From an uncultured Oligoflexus sp. (GTDB taxonomy: Bacteria > Bdellovibrionota_B > Oligoflexia > Oligoflexales > Oligoflexaceae): DNA of 20,393 bases. Of the stretch, positions 7,235 to 16,260 are shown in pieces (within the stretch, counting starts at the first letter, position 1; each line of letters starts with the position of its first letter). The stretch spans positions 1 to 20,393 of the forward strand of contig CAXSGP010000086.1 in assembly GCA_964236955.1 (NCBI GenBank), written 5' to 3'. A program made the translations under genes and the position numbers. A model generated the notes under the pieces. It saw only the letters and a list, made by a program, of their open reading frames with translations, was not told the DNA's origin and did not search any database.

Positions 7235-7686
7235 GTTTGATAGTAAAGAGCTTTCTTTATGGTCATGGCAATAAAAAATCCGCGACTTTAAGTCCTTCAA
7301 AAATGCCTCCCGCTGGTAGACATGCATGCCAGCAGTGGCCTTTTTTCTTTCTCCTTTGTCATGCTGGCTCGTCTTCATTCTCTCTCAAGCCTTTCTATTT
7401 TTATAGCATATTGACATAATTGACGTGTTTTTAGCCTAAACTTGGCAGAATAGGCTAAGCACTAAAGCCTGATGAAGGGGGATAACGGCGCAAATCTTTC
7501 CCAAATGGAGCTTCCCCTATTGTTTATAGACCTGTCTCAGGGATCATGCAGGGCTTACGTCAGGCTCTTGCTGCGCCGAAACCCATATTTCTAGCAATCC
7601 CTATCAAGAATCGATAGTCTGATGGGAAGTCCCGAGGCAGTAGAGACCCTTCTGGTCTTTATATTAAGATTGCATAACTCCTATCT

Positions 7687-9489
7687 TTGACGGCCAAGCC
7701 ATTGATCAACACCTATCTGAAACGGCGGCTCCCTACTCTTGGCATCGCCACGCTATGCACCTTTGCGCTGGGATTTGTTTCAAGTATTACCTATACCATG
7801 ATTGGTCCCGTGTTCAGTATTTTAGGAAGCCCAAACGATTCCCGGCCGCTTAGCTTTGAGGCCCTGCTTGGTAAAAATATTGGGTCGTGGGCAAGCCGCC
7901 TGACTCATTATGAGTCGATACCCAGCTCTGAGCTTTGGCACCTCCTTCCAGCCCTCATGGTTGCTGTCGCCTTGCTGCGCGCCGCGCTTGCACTTTTGCA
8001 GTGGTATCTCTGGGAAAAAAGTAGCGAAACGATTGCCAGCGAAATGCGGGCGGATCTCGTTCAAGCTTATTTGCAGGTCGATCCCGAGCAAAGGCGGAAC
8101 TTAAATCAAGGGGTTGATCAGGAGATTGGATCAGCCATAAGCACAGATATTCGTATGGTGCGAGAGTACCTCGTGCATGTTTATGGGGGGTTACCCCGTG
8201 AATTGGTGCAGGTTCTCTTTTACCTGGCAAACCTTTTACTCCTTGATTGGAAGCTGTCGTTAATCTTTCTGGTCGGCATCGGCCCAGCGGCAGCTATACT
8301 TTCAAAGCTTGGTAAAAAACTTCGCAAACGTTCGCAAGCGGCCCTTGGCAACAGCAGCAGCATGCTTGAATGGTTGCAGCAGCGCATGATGGGCATTGAA
8401 ACGATCAAGCAGTTTCAAACCGAATACCTCGAGCAAGCCCGAATGGAAAAAAAATCGGATGAATTGCTAAAAAACTATTTACGCGCCGCCCGGGTCAAAG
8501 CGCGCACATCTCCCCTTCTTGAGGTCGTGGCCGTCGCCGCGATGATGCTGGTGCTCGTCTATGCCCTTGGGGCAATTGCCAAGAAGGAAATGAGTTCCAG
8601 TACCCTCTTGTCCTTTCTTGTTTTGCTTGGTGTGCTGTCCCAGTCAACAGCTAAGCTTGGCCGCTACTATAACAGCAATAAAGAAGGTGAAGCGGCTTTA
8701 CACCGCCTTCAAAGGATCATGCAGGCGATGCAGTCTGCCAAGGCCCTGACCCTGTCCATGATTTGTGTTCCGGATCAAAAGCCAGCCTTAATAATTAAAG
8801 ATCTGACGTATGCCTACGGACCTGGCGCGATTCCAGCCCTAAAAGCTTTTTCTGGAAAATTCGAGCGTGGCAAAATTTATGCGGTCGCCGGCCCTTCGGG
8901 CTCGGGTAAGAGCACGCTCGTGAAGCTTTTGCTGGGGCTGTGGACCTCAGGCCAGGGCTCGATCAAATTTGGCATCAAAAGCCGCAGCGAACTCGGCTAT
9001 CTGCCCCAGCAGGTTCAGCTTGCGCCAGGACCTCTGGTGCATAACGTGATTTACCCTGCTCGTGAGTATGATCCCGAACGGCTCCGCTCAGCTCTGGAAA
9101 AGGTCGGTATGCTTAGCTTTGTCGAGGCCTTGCCAAAATCTTGGAATGCCGAGGTGGGTGAAGGCGGCGACATCGTACTCTCGGGCGGGCAGGCGCAGCG
9201 CCTTAAGATAGCACGGCTCATCTACTTTGCCTTCCCCCTGCTCATTATCGATGAAGGCACCTCAGCCCTTGATCCGGAAATTGAAATGCTGGTCTTAAAA
9301 ACCCTTGAGGATATGGCCCGGAATGGTTCGACTGTCATCATGGTCGCTCACCGGGTGTCAGTACTGCAAACGGCTGAAATCGTTTACGTTCTCAAGCAAG
9401 GTCAGACGCAATTCAGCGGTGAGCCCAAACAATTTCTGCAGCGATCCGACTGGCGCTCGTATTTCGAAGCGGACGAAGCCTCGATTTGA
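7687..9489 (+). CDS. ABC exporter, fused permease/ATPase (MsbA-like family)
   Basis: N-terminal multi-TM domain; Walker A GPSGSGKST, Q-loop GYLPQ, signature LSGGQAQR, Walker B IIDEGTSALD, H-loop VAHR. The TTG start is uncertain. Confidence 0.9.
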   Translation: MTAKPLINTYLKRRLPTLGIATLCTFALGFVSSITYTMIGPVFSILGSPNDSRPLSFEALLGKNIGSWASRLTHYESIPSSELWHLLPALMVAVALLRAALALLQWYLWEKSSETIASEMRADLVQAYLQVDPEQRRNLNQGVDQEIGSAISTDIRMVREYLVHVYGGLPRELVQVLFYLANLLLLDWKLSLIFLVGIGPAAAILSKLGKKLRKRSQAALGNSSSMLEWLQQRMMGIETIKQFQTEYLEQARMEKKSDELLKNYLRAARVKARTSPLLEVVAVAAMMLVLVYALGAIAKKEMSSSTLLSFLVLLGVLSQSTAKLGRYYNSNKEGEAALHRLQRIMQAMQSAKALTLSMICVPDQKPALIIKDLTYAYGPGAIPALKAFSGKFERGKIYAVAGPSGSGKSTLVKLLLGLWTSGQGSIKFGIKSRSELGYLPQQVQLAPGPLVHNVIYPAREYDPERLRSALEKVGMLSFVEALPKSWNAEVGEGGDIVLSGGQAQRLKIARLIYFAFPLLIIDEGTSALDPEIEMLVLKTLEDMARNGSTVIMVAHRVSVLQTAEIVYVLKQGQTQFSGEPKQFLQRSDWRSYFEADEASI

Positions 9490-9490
9490 T

Positions 9491-9523
9491 AAAAAAATTG
9501 AGCGTCTCCGATAAGGCGCTCAA
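9491..9523 (-). terminator. intrinsic terminator downstream of etfA
   Basis: Minus strand TTGAGCGCCT-TATCGG-AGACGCTCAA followed by a T7 run. Confidence 0.75.
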
Positions 9524-9555
9524 CCCAATAACATGGCGATGCAAAGCGGGACGGT

Positions 9556-10521
9556 TTAGCCTCTGAGCTCTTTAAGTTTTTGTGTCAGGATCGGTACGGC
9601 CTGGAACAGATCGGCGACAATTCCGTAATTGGCGATTTTGAAGATCGGCGCTTCCGGATCGGTGTTGATCGCAACGATGACCTTCGACGTTCTCATGCCA
9701 GCCATGTGCTGGATAGAACCGCTGATTCCCGCAGCGATATAAAGGTTAGGGTTAACTGTTTTACCAGTCTGGCCGACCTGCATCTCATGGGAGGCGTAAC
9801 CAGCATCAACTGCCGCACGGGATGCACCGACTGTTGCGCCCAGAACATCGGCCGCTTCGTTGAGAATCTTAAAGGCATCAGCAGAACCCAGCGAACGACC
9901 GCCCGAGATGATGATGGCGGCTTCAGTAAGATCGACTTTGGCGCTCTTGTCCTTGCGAATTTCAATGGTTTTAAGCTTGGCATCAGCCGCTGCAACTTCG
10001 ATCTTGGTAACGCTTGCCGAACCATCGCTAGCATCGGCCTTAAAGACGTTAGGACGAAGGGTCACAAATTGAATGCTGCTATTTTGGAAGGTGATTTCCG
10101 CATAAGCTTTGCCCGAATACATGGGCTTAAGGCCAACCAGAGTTTCGCCTTCCGCTTTCAGTTCGATCAAATCGGTGGCAATACCCGCGTTATGCCGAGC
10201 CGCCAAACGTGGGAACACATCGCGGCCCATGGGTGTTGCCATGCCGAGGACTGCGGTAGGACTAAACGTTTTGATCGCCTGCTCCACAGCTGCGGCATAG
10301 TTAAGGACGTTGTAATTTTCAAAGGCCGGACCGGCCACTGCAAAGACAGTGTCGGCCCCGTGGTTTTTCAATTCGCCAGTGATGCCATCGATAGAACCAC
10401 CAACCACGACAGCGGCTACATTTGCAGCCGAGCCAGCAAGTTTGCGGGCTGTGGAAAGAGCCTCTAAGGAACTTTTCTTTAATTTATTTTCACGCTGTTC
10501 GATAAATACTAGAACTTTCAT
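9556..10521 (-). CDS. etfA: electron transfer flavoprotein subunit alpha
   Basis: DLTEAAIIISGGRSLG, GASRAAVDAG, QVGQTGKTV.PNLYIAAGISGSIQHMAGM, AINTDPEAPIF. ATG at 10521 fits the AAGGAG RBS at 10530-10535. Confidence 0.97.
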   Translation of the reverse strand: MKVLVFIEQRENKLKKSSLEALSTARKLAGSAANVAAVVVGGSIDGITGELKNHGADTVFAVAGPAFENYNVLNYAAAVEQAIKTFSPTAVLGMATPMGRDVFPRLAARHNAGIATDLIELKAEGETLVGLKPMYSGKAYAEITFQNSSIQFVTLRPNVFKADASDGSASVTKIEVAAADAKLKTIEIRKDKSAKVDLTEAAIIISGGRSLGSADAFKILNEAADVLGATVGASRAAVDAGYASHEMQVGQTGKTVNPNLYIAAGISGSIQHMAGMRTSKVIVAINTDPEAPIFKIANYGIVADLFQAVPILTQKLKELRG

Positions 10522-10533
10522 GAACACTTCTCC

Positions 10534-11319
10534 TTAGAGTACTTTCGCTTCTTCACGCAATAGCTTAACGACTTTGGCCACCATCGCCTCGACAGCTTCG
10601 CCTTTGAAGACCTGGCCAGCTGGTTTTTGGGGAGGATATTTAAAGGACTTGATTGTGACCTTTGGCTGGAGCTGGGCCACGTCCACACCGAGGTCTGCCG
10701 GTTTTTTGACATCAAATGGCTTTTTCTTGGCCTTCATGATGCCAGGCAGAGCGGCATAACGTGGGCTGTTCAGCGATTTGTTAGCGCCAATGACTGCGGG
10801 AAGAGCAAACTTATACACTTCGACATGACCGCCTTCTGCTTCGCGCTCTGCAGTAAGGTTGGTGCCGTCAAGGATGAGTTTGTTGACAACGTTCACATGA
10901 GCCCAGTTGAGGATTTCGCCCAGCATCGGTCCTACGTGCATATTGTCGTCATCGATAGCCTGTTTACCGACCAGCACCAAATCGGCTTTTTCCGCTTTTA
11001 CAGCGGCTGCCAGGACCTTGGCGATACCAAGCGAGTCGATGTTCAGAAGGCCCTCGCTCGAGATGAGAAGGCCGCGATCACCACCCATAGCCAAGCCTTT
11101 GATGATCAACTCGCGAACCGAGTCGTCGCCAAAGCTGGCAATAATGACTTCCGTTCCAGGGGTTTTTTCCTTGATCTGAATCGCCTCTTCAATGGCGTAT
11201 TCATCGTAAGGATTGATGATGAACTTGACATCGTTTGTTTCAATCGCAGTGTTGCTGCTGCTGATTTGAATCTTACTTTCCGTATCTGGTGTTTTTTTAA
11301 GAAACACTAAAATTTTCAT
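10534..11319 (-). CDS. etfB: electron transfer flavoprotein subunit beta
   Basis: MKILVFLKKTPDT, INPYDEYAIEEA, LAMGGD, GKQAIDDD, PRYAALPGIMKAKKKP; directly upstream of etfA. Confidence 0.97.
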   Translation of the reverse strand: MKILVFLKKTPDTESKIQISSSNTAIETNDVKFIINPYDEYAIEEAIQIKEKTPGTEVIIASFGDDSVRELIIKGLAMGGDRGLLISSEGLLNIDSLGIAKVLAAAVKAEKADLVLVGKQAIDDDNMHVGPMLGEILNWAHVNVVNKLILDGTNLTAEREAEGGHVEVYKFALPAVIGANKSLNSPRYAALPGIMKAKKKPFDVKKPADLGVDVAQLQPKVTIKSFKYPPQKPAGQVFKGEAVEAMVAKVVKLLREEAKVL

Positions 11320-11369
11320 GATAGACCTCGATCCGTCTCTTCATCATTGGTTTTTCATTCTGCCGCATA

Positions 11370-11399
11370 AGATTATCAGTTGGAACAGTGCTTTGGCAA
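11370..11399 (-). promoter_or_regulatory. possible sigma70 promoter of etfBA
   Basis: TTGCCA-N18-TAATCT, with an extended -10 TGn. Confidence 0.35.
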
Positions 11400-11484
11400 C
11401 AGCAACGCTCCGAAGCCGGCTTGCCGACCATAAATTCCTGAGAGTCATCCTCATTCAACGAACAAATGTTAGGACCTTGGCGGC

Positions 11485-12639
11485 CTAATCGATTTGGTTT
11501 AAAGACTCCATCGCAGCACTGACGCCCGCTCCGATCCTGGCCGTATGACCAAGCTTTTTAAGACCCATTTCCAAGGCCGCGACGCCTCCGATCAGATCGA
11601 GTTCGTCGATTATCCCGAGATGGGCAAGTCTGATTATTCTGCCCTTTAGCTGATCCTGGCCGCCGGCAAATACAGTGCCGAATCGTACCCGGCAGTATTT
11701 GAGCAGCTTGCTGCCGTCGAGGTTTGCGGGCAATTCGATGGCCGTTAGGGCATGCGAATGATGGGACTTGCTGAAGAGGCTAAGGCCCATGGCAGCGGCA
11801 GCTTTTTGGCAGGCAGTGGCCAGCCTTTGATGGTGCGCCTCACAGGCTTTTGGACCTAGGATGCTAAGGGTTTCCAGCGCCACGGCAAGGCTCTCCACCA
11901 GAGTGGTCGCAGGCGTCCAGGCTGTTTCGCCGGTCGCTTGGCCTTTGCGTTCTTTCGTCAGATCGAAATAAAATTTGGGCCGTTGCGTAAGACTCTTCCA
12001 GGCCAGGTCGGAAAGCGCGATAAAGGCAAGGCCGGGAGGAATGCCAAAACCTTTTTGACTTCCTGTAATAAGGCCATCGATTGGCATTTCGTTCATGGAA
12101 AGGTCATGGGCAACCAAGGCCGAAATTGCATCGACAATGACCAGGGCCGAAGAGTTATCCTTGACGGTCTGGGCGATTTCTTTGACCGGATAGGCAACAC
12201 CGGTCGAAGTTTCGTTGGCCTGAAAGAATACCACTTTTATATCTTTATTGGCATTGAGAAGCTTTTTTATGGGATCAGGTTTGGGAGCCTCACCCCAGGG
12301 AAACTCATAGCTGATAACCTCACACTGATACGCTGAAGCAAGTTTGCCCCAGCGCTCGCCAAATTTGCCGCCATTGAGGACCAGGACTTTGTCTTTGGGG
12401 TTTGTCAGGTTAACCAAGGCCGCTTCCATAGCGCCGGTGCCCGAGCAGGTGAGGATGAGGGGAGCCTCTGTGCTGCCAAAAAATCTCTGAAGCAGCTTTC
12501 GGCAGTGGAGGAATTTTTCCCGAAACAGATCGGTTCGATGGTAGACGCTGGTCTGCAACGCGGCGACTGCTGCCGCTTGCGAGACGGGAGTGGGGCCGGG
12601 GCAGTAAAGACGATCTTTAACAAATGCGTAGTGTTCCAT
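11485..12639 (-). CDS. class V PLP-dependent aminotransferase (alanine-glyoxylate/serine-pyruvate family)
   Basis: PGPT, HR, SGTGAMEAAL.N, GKFGERW, NETSTGV, VDAIS, TGSQKGF (PLP Lys), TP, GGQDQLKGRIIRLAHLG. Confidence 0.92.
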   Translation of the reverse strand: MEHYAFVKDRLYCPGPTPVSQAAAVAALQTSVYHRTDLFREKFLHCRKLLQRFFGSTEAPLILTCSGTGAMEAALVNLTNPKDKVLVLNGGKFGERWGKLASAYQCEVISYEFPWGEAPKPDPIKKLLNANKDIKVVFFQANETSTGVAYPVKEIAQTVKDNSSALVIVDAISALVAHDLSMNEMPIDGLITGSQKGFGIPPGLAFIALSDLAWKSLTQRPKFYFDLTKERKGQATGETAWTPATTLVESLAVALETLSILGPKACEAHHQRLATACQKAAAAMGLSLFSKSHHSHALTAIELPANLDGSKLLKYCRVRFGTVFAGGQDQLKGRIIRLAHLGIIDELDLIGGVAALEMGLKKLGHTARIGAGVSAAMESLNQID

Positions 12640-12728
12640 TGAAGTCTCCTCAGTTTGCTTTGAGCAACTAAGAATTCTCCCAGGAACTGTTCGCTTGCAA
12701 CGGTAAAAGCCGAAATTTCAGGATTCGC

Positions 12729-14030
12729 TTAGGAATGGGCCGTCTTGGTACTTCCGCCCGGCACCGAGGGAAGGGGTACGTTGAGAGACTGGCCGAGCTT
12801 AAGGCGCTTGCTGTTGAGTTTGGGATTGGTGTCTAATATCCTTTTGATGCTGACCTTATAAAGGCGAGCGATTGATGCGACGGTATCGCCAGGCTTCACG
12901 CGGTGCACCAGAACGTCGGAGATTGCCAGTCGTTCGAGGCTGGGTTCAATGCCTGCCCAATGCTCCAGCAGCGACCTGGGAACTCTTAGAGAATAGGATT
13001 TGCGGCTCACGGGATTGATAGGGGGCGTGATGCCCTGCATCATCTCCGGGTTCCAGCCGAGAAGGTGACTTTCTGGAATGCCAAGCTTCGCGGCAATGTC
13101 GGTCACCCGATAGGAGTTAAACAGCTCAAGTTTGGCGCTCGGAGTCTTATTGCGAATGTCGGCAACGACGTCAAAGCCATAGGTTGAAGCATGACTGGCG
13201 ACAATGAGAGCCGCGAGGAGTTTGGGCACATAGTCTTTGGTCTCGGCGCGTAGGTAGGGAGAATTCGCAAGGACCCAATAATCACGGGTTTTCATGGCGC
13301 GCATGGCTTTAACGACCCGGCTTGGACCGGCGTTGTAAGCGGCTAGGGCCAGATACCAATCACCAAATTGCGAATAGAGATCTTTAAGATAGCGTGCGGC
13401 AGCCAAAGTCGACTTGGTTGGGTCACGGCGTTCGTCGATCCAGTAGTTGACCTGCAGGCCGTAGTGGACGGCCGTTGGTTTCATAAATTGCCAGGTGCCC
13501 GAGGCGCGCGCCTGACTGAAGGCGTAGTTGCTAAAGCCGGATTCAATCATTGCTAAAAAGAAAAATTCAGGGGGCAAACCCTCTTCGGCCAGGAGGGGAA
13601 CGACAGTTTCGCGATAGGATGCGCTGCGCACCAGCCAAAGGAGGAAATCAGCTCGGCCCCGACCGGTAAAATAGGAGATCCACGAGAGCACGCGTGGCGA
13701 TGGGGAGATGGGGGCTCCAGAAAATTCGAGAGGCAATTGATAGCGCAGGACCTTAAAGCTTTCCTCGTTGACCTGATTGGGATTCGAGCTGGCATTGTTG
13801 CGGCTATATTCGTCGCGGATGTGCTGAGTATAGATATCATCATTGCAAAAGCGGGGCTGGATCGGTTGATCGGCATCCACGTCCGCACGAGTATCGCTGA
13901 CGGCAGGCGCGCTGCTCAGACTGTCCACAATTACGGACTGATCCTCGCTGACGCTCTGACAGGCGACGAGAAAAAAGGCGACAAAGCTTATAAGAAAATA
14001 ACCCAAACCTGGACTCCAGATCGGAAGCAC
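12729..14030 (-). CDS. lytic murein transglycosylase with LysM domain (MltD-like lipoprotein)
   Basis: Lipobox FFLVAC; SLT motifs LAMIESGF, ASGTWQFM..TA, DERRDP, LALAAYNAG, ETKDYVPK; C-terminal LysM HRVKPGDTVASIARLY. Confidence 0.92.
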   Translation of the reverse strand: MLPIWSPGLGYFLISFVAFFLVACQSVSEDQSVIVDSLSSAPAVSDTRADVDADQPIQPRFCNDDIYTQHIRDEYSRNNASSNPNQVNEESFKVLRYQLPLEFSGAPISPSPRVLSWISYFTGRGRADFLLWLVRSASYRETVVPLLAEEGLPPEFFFLAMIESGFSNYAFSQARASGTWQFMKPTAVHYGLQVNYWIDERRDPTKSTLAAARYLKDLYSQFGDWYLALAAYNAGPSRVVKAMRAMKTRDYWVLANSPYLRAETKDYVPKLLAALIVASHASTYGFDVVADIRNKTPSAKLELFNSYRVTDIAAKLGIPESHLLGWNPEMMQGITPPINPVSRKSYSLRVPRSLLEHWAGIEPSLERLAISDVLVHRVKPGDTVASIARLYKVSIKRILDTNPKLNSKRLKLGQSLNVPLPSVPGGSTKTAHS

Positions 14031-14064
14031 TCGCTTCCCTGATTCAGAAGAACTACGTAGGGGT

Positions 14065-14091
14065 CTTTCGGTCGAAGCTTTACAATCCTTA
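14065..14091 (-). promoter_or_regulatory. sigma28 (FliA)-like promoter upstream of the transglycosylase
   Basis: TAAG-N15-ACCGAAAG versus consensus TAAA-N15-GCCGATAA. Confidence 0.35.
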
Positions 14092-14868
14092 GGGGGTAAT
14101 TGCTGCCGCCAGGCGTTTCATGTCTTCGGATTTTTGCTGAAGTTGAGCGGAGCTCATGGATTTATAATAGATATTCTTATCGCTTTGCTCATCCTTTGAC
14201 TTTCCTTTGGCAAGTTCCCCAAAGGCTCGGCCGGCTTCTGAAAAAGCTAGTTTTTGTAGGTCTTTAAACTGCGGATACTGCTCGGCAAGCTCGATATAGC
14301 GATAGGCACAGGCATGATAAATTTCTTGCTTACAGTAGAATCGGGCGATAAATTCGGAGTGGTCGGCGACCCGGCGTTTGCCCGTTACGAGAAAAGTATC
14401 CGCTTTGTTTTTGTAGCTGCTATTCGGGTAACTCACGACAAGTTTTTCCCATTCATCGATCGCCTTAATCGTATATTCTTGTTCACGATCTATTTCTTCA
14501 GGCGCCTCCGACCAATAGGACTCGCCGATCCGATACTGGGCCATGTCCGCATCCGGGTGCCGGGGATGAAGTTTGACAAATTGTTCGTAGGCAGCCGCAG
14601 CTTCCGGAAATTGTCCCAGTTTGAAATGGCTGTGAGCAATCATCAGCTCCGCATCGGGAGCATTTTTGCTATAAGGAAAGCGGGACTTGAACTCGCCTAA
14701 TTTGGTGACTGCAGCTTCATACATCTCGTCATCATAAGGAGCTCGGGCGTTGGCAAAAGAAGCCACCGGGTCGGAAGGATCGGTGGATTTGTCGACACAC
14801 GCAAAGGAAGCGCCAAGGAAAATGACTAAAAGCATTAGAAGGTTGGAGAATTTTTCACGAATATACAT
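14089..14868 (-). CDS. bamD: outer membrane protein assembly factor BamD
   Basis: Lipobox ASFAC; TPR pattern SRFPYS..A..AEL..A..HF, A...YEQFVKLHPRHP, DREQ..T..A...W..LV..YPNS.Y, E.IARFY. Confidence 0.9.
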   Translation of the reverse strand: MYIREKFSNLLMLLVIFLGASFACVDKSTDPSDPVASFANARAPYDDEMYEAAVTKLGEFKSRFPYSKNAPDAELMIAHSHFKLGQFPEAAAAYEQFVKLHPRHPDADMAQYRIGESYWSEAPEEIDREQEYTIKAIDEWEKLVVSYPNSSYKNKADTFLVTGKRRVADHSEFIARFYCKQEIYHACAYRYIELAEQYPQFKDLQKLAFSEAGRAFGELAKGKSKDEQSDKNIYYKSMSSAQLQQKSEDMKRLAAAITP

Positions 14869-15061
14869 GGATTGCCCTTCAAGTACTTGAACTTTTACCG
14901 ATAAACTACCATAAGGTCATGAAGGCCAGTGATGACCCATTTATGGGTACCACCTAGTTTTAAGGGTACAGTCGGTATTTTTACAAGCATTTTGCTTGAT
15001 TCTACCGTCTCGCCGCATCAAAATTGAGGCCCGATTGAAAAAGGACTCTCACAAAATAACC

Positions 15062-16048
15062 ATGTTCACCGGCGTTCCAAGACAAAGCTGGTACTGGATT
15101 CTTGCGGCTATTTTCATGTCGCTTCTCCTCCATATCATATCCATTACCGAATTGCCAAACCGCCTCCGCAATCCCCTATTGCCAGCGCCAAAATCGACGG
15201 TGAAGCAGGAGGATGTGAAGGTCAATATCGTTAAAAAGAAAAAAGATAAGAGCCCGAAACCGCGCGAGCCCGAGAAAATTCTCGAAACGCCTCTCGCGGA
15301 AACCCAAGCGCCAAAAATAGCTTCCCGGCTTGGCGCTCAGGATCATATTGCGGAAGTTGAGAAAAAGGTATCCAACCTTTTGCCTCGCCCCAAAGCCGCC
15401 GATCCCGGTCAACTGGGGCGCGATGCCAAGGCGCAAAAAGCGGGTCGACCCGTTCCAGAGACGGCTCAAGCCAAGATTAAGCCGGAAGACGCCAAGCCTT
15501 TGACGATGACCCCAAAGAAATCGGCCCTTGCCGAAGCAAACAAACTAAAAATGCCCAGTATAACCGCGCCTGACGGGACGGTCATCGTTCCTCAGCAGGA
15601 TCGGATGAAACCCCGCAATCCCTACGAGTCCTTACTGCCAAGCTCGAAAGAGATGAACAATCAGGTCGCCGCCGGCTATCAGGATTACGTTGATGATGAA
15701 GTTGAAACTGGCGATAAAATTGACTTAAACACCACAAATTTTCGTTTTATCGGCTATTTTACCTCGATTCGGAAAGCTTTTGAGCTGGTTTGGGTCTATC
15801 CGTCAGAAGCGGTGCGTCGGGGTCTGCAGGGGGAAACTCATGTGGAATTTACCATTCAAAAAGATGGTGTGGTCTCTAAGATCAAGGTAGTCGAATCATC
15901 GGGCCACAAAATGCTGGATGATGCCGTGGTGGAAGGGCTTCGTTTGGCTTCGCCCTTCGCTCCCCTGCCCCCTGGCTATAACAAGGATCATTTGACAGTT
16001 GTCGGATCTTTCCGCTATGTGCTTACCAATTATGCCAGTGGTCCCTGA
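15062..16048 (+). CDS. energy transducer TonB family protein
   Basis: Single N-terminal TM with SLLLH (SxxxH) motif, Pro/Lys-rich linker, TonB_C domain (VYPSEAVRRGLQGETHVEFTIQKDG.V......SSGHKMLDDA). ATG 15062 preferred over TTG 14996. Confidence 0.88.
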   Translation: MFTGVPRQSWYWILAAIFMSLLLHIISITELPNRLRNPLLPAPKSTVKQEDVKVNIVKKKKDKSPKPREPEKILETPLAETQAPKIASRLGAQDHIAEVEKKVSNLLPRPKAADPGQLGRDAKAQKAGRPVPETAQAKIKPEDAKPLTMTPKKSALAEANKLKMPSITAPDGTVIVPQQDRMKPRNPYESLLPSSKEMNNQVAAGYQDYVDDEVETGDKIDLNTTNFRFIGYFTSIRKAFELVWVYPSEAVRRGLQGETHVEFTIQKDGVVSKIKVVESSGHKMLDDAVVEGLRLASPFAPLPPGYNKDHLTVVGSFRYVLTNYASGP

Positions 16049-16111
16049 TTGCGCTATCCTAAGTCAAAATAATCTTTGCTTTTAATAGAAATTTCACCGT
16101 GCCATTGAGAA

Positions 16112-16128
16112 TGGATCATGCCTTGCAT
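16112..16128 (+). promoter_or_regulatory. sigma54-like (-24/-12) promoter upstream of the HPt-like gene
   Basis: TGGATCATGCCTTGCAT has GG-N10-GC spacing and a consensus TTGCA -12 box; the -24 box differs from TGGCAC. Confidence 0.45.
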
Positions 16129-16260
16129 AGCTATGGAAAGGAGTGGTGCTTCTTTATTATAGGAAGGGGTATTCTCTCAAGTGAACCCGATCATTAAAAT
16201 GCCAGGGAGCTTGGTCATAATAACAAGTGTTAAGTCTCAAATGAAACGGAGTGGGAAAAC

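Noticed and set aside
7312..7350. GCTGGTA/TGCCAGC hairpin with a downstream T-run after tRNA-Leu
   Set aside because: The T-run is separated from the stem by 7 nt and the stem is weak; too uncertain to call a terminator.
7469..7581. CTGATGA ... GAAA resembling a hammerhead ribozyme core
   Set aside because: Stem II does not start directly after CUGAUGA (about 10 extra nt), and I could not build stems I/III with a UH cleavage site.
9580..11310. Long + strand ORFs (295 aa and 227 aa) antisense to etfA/etfB, and similar shadow ORFs over gpmI, priA, bamD and aroB
   Set aside because: They lie entirely opposite well-supported genes, show no motifs, and are expected from the codon bias of the real genes.
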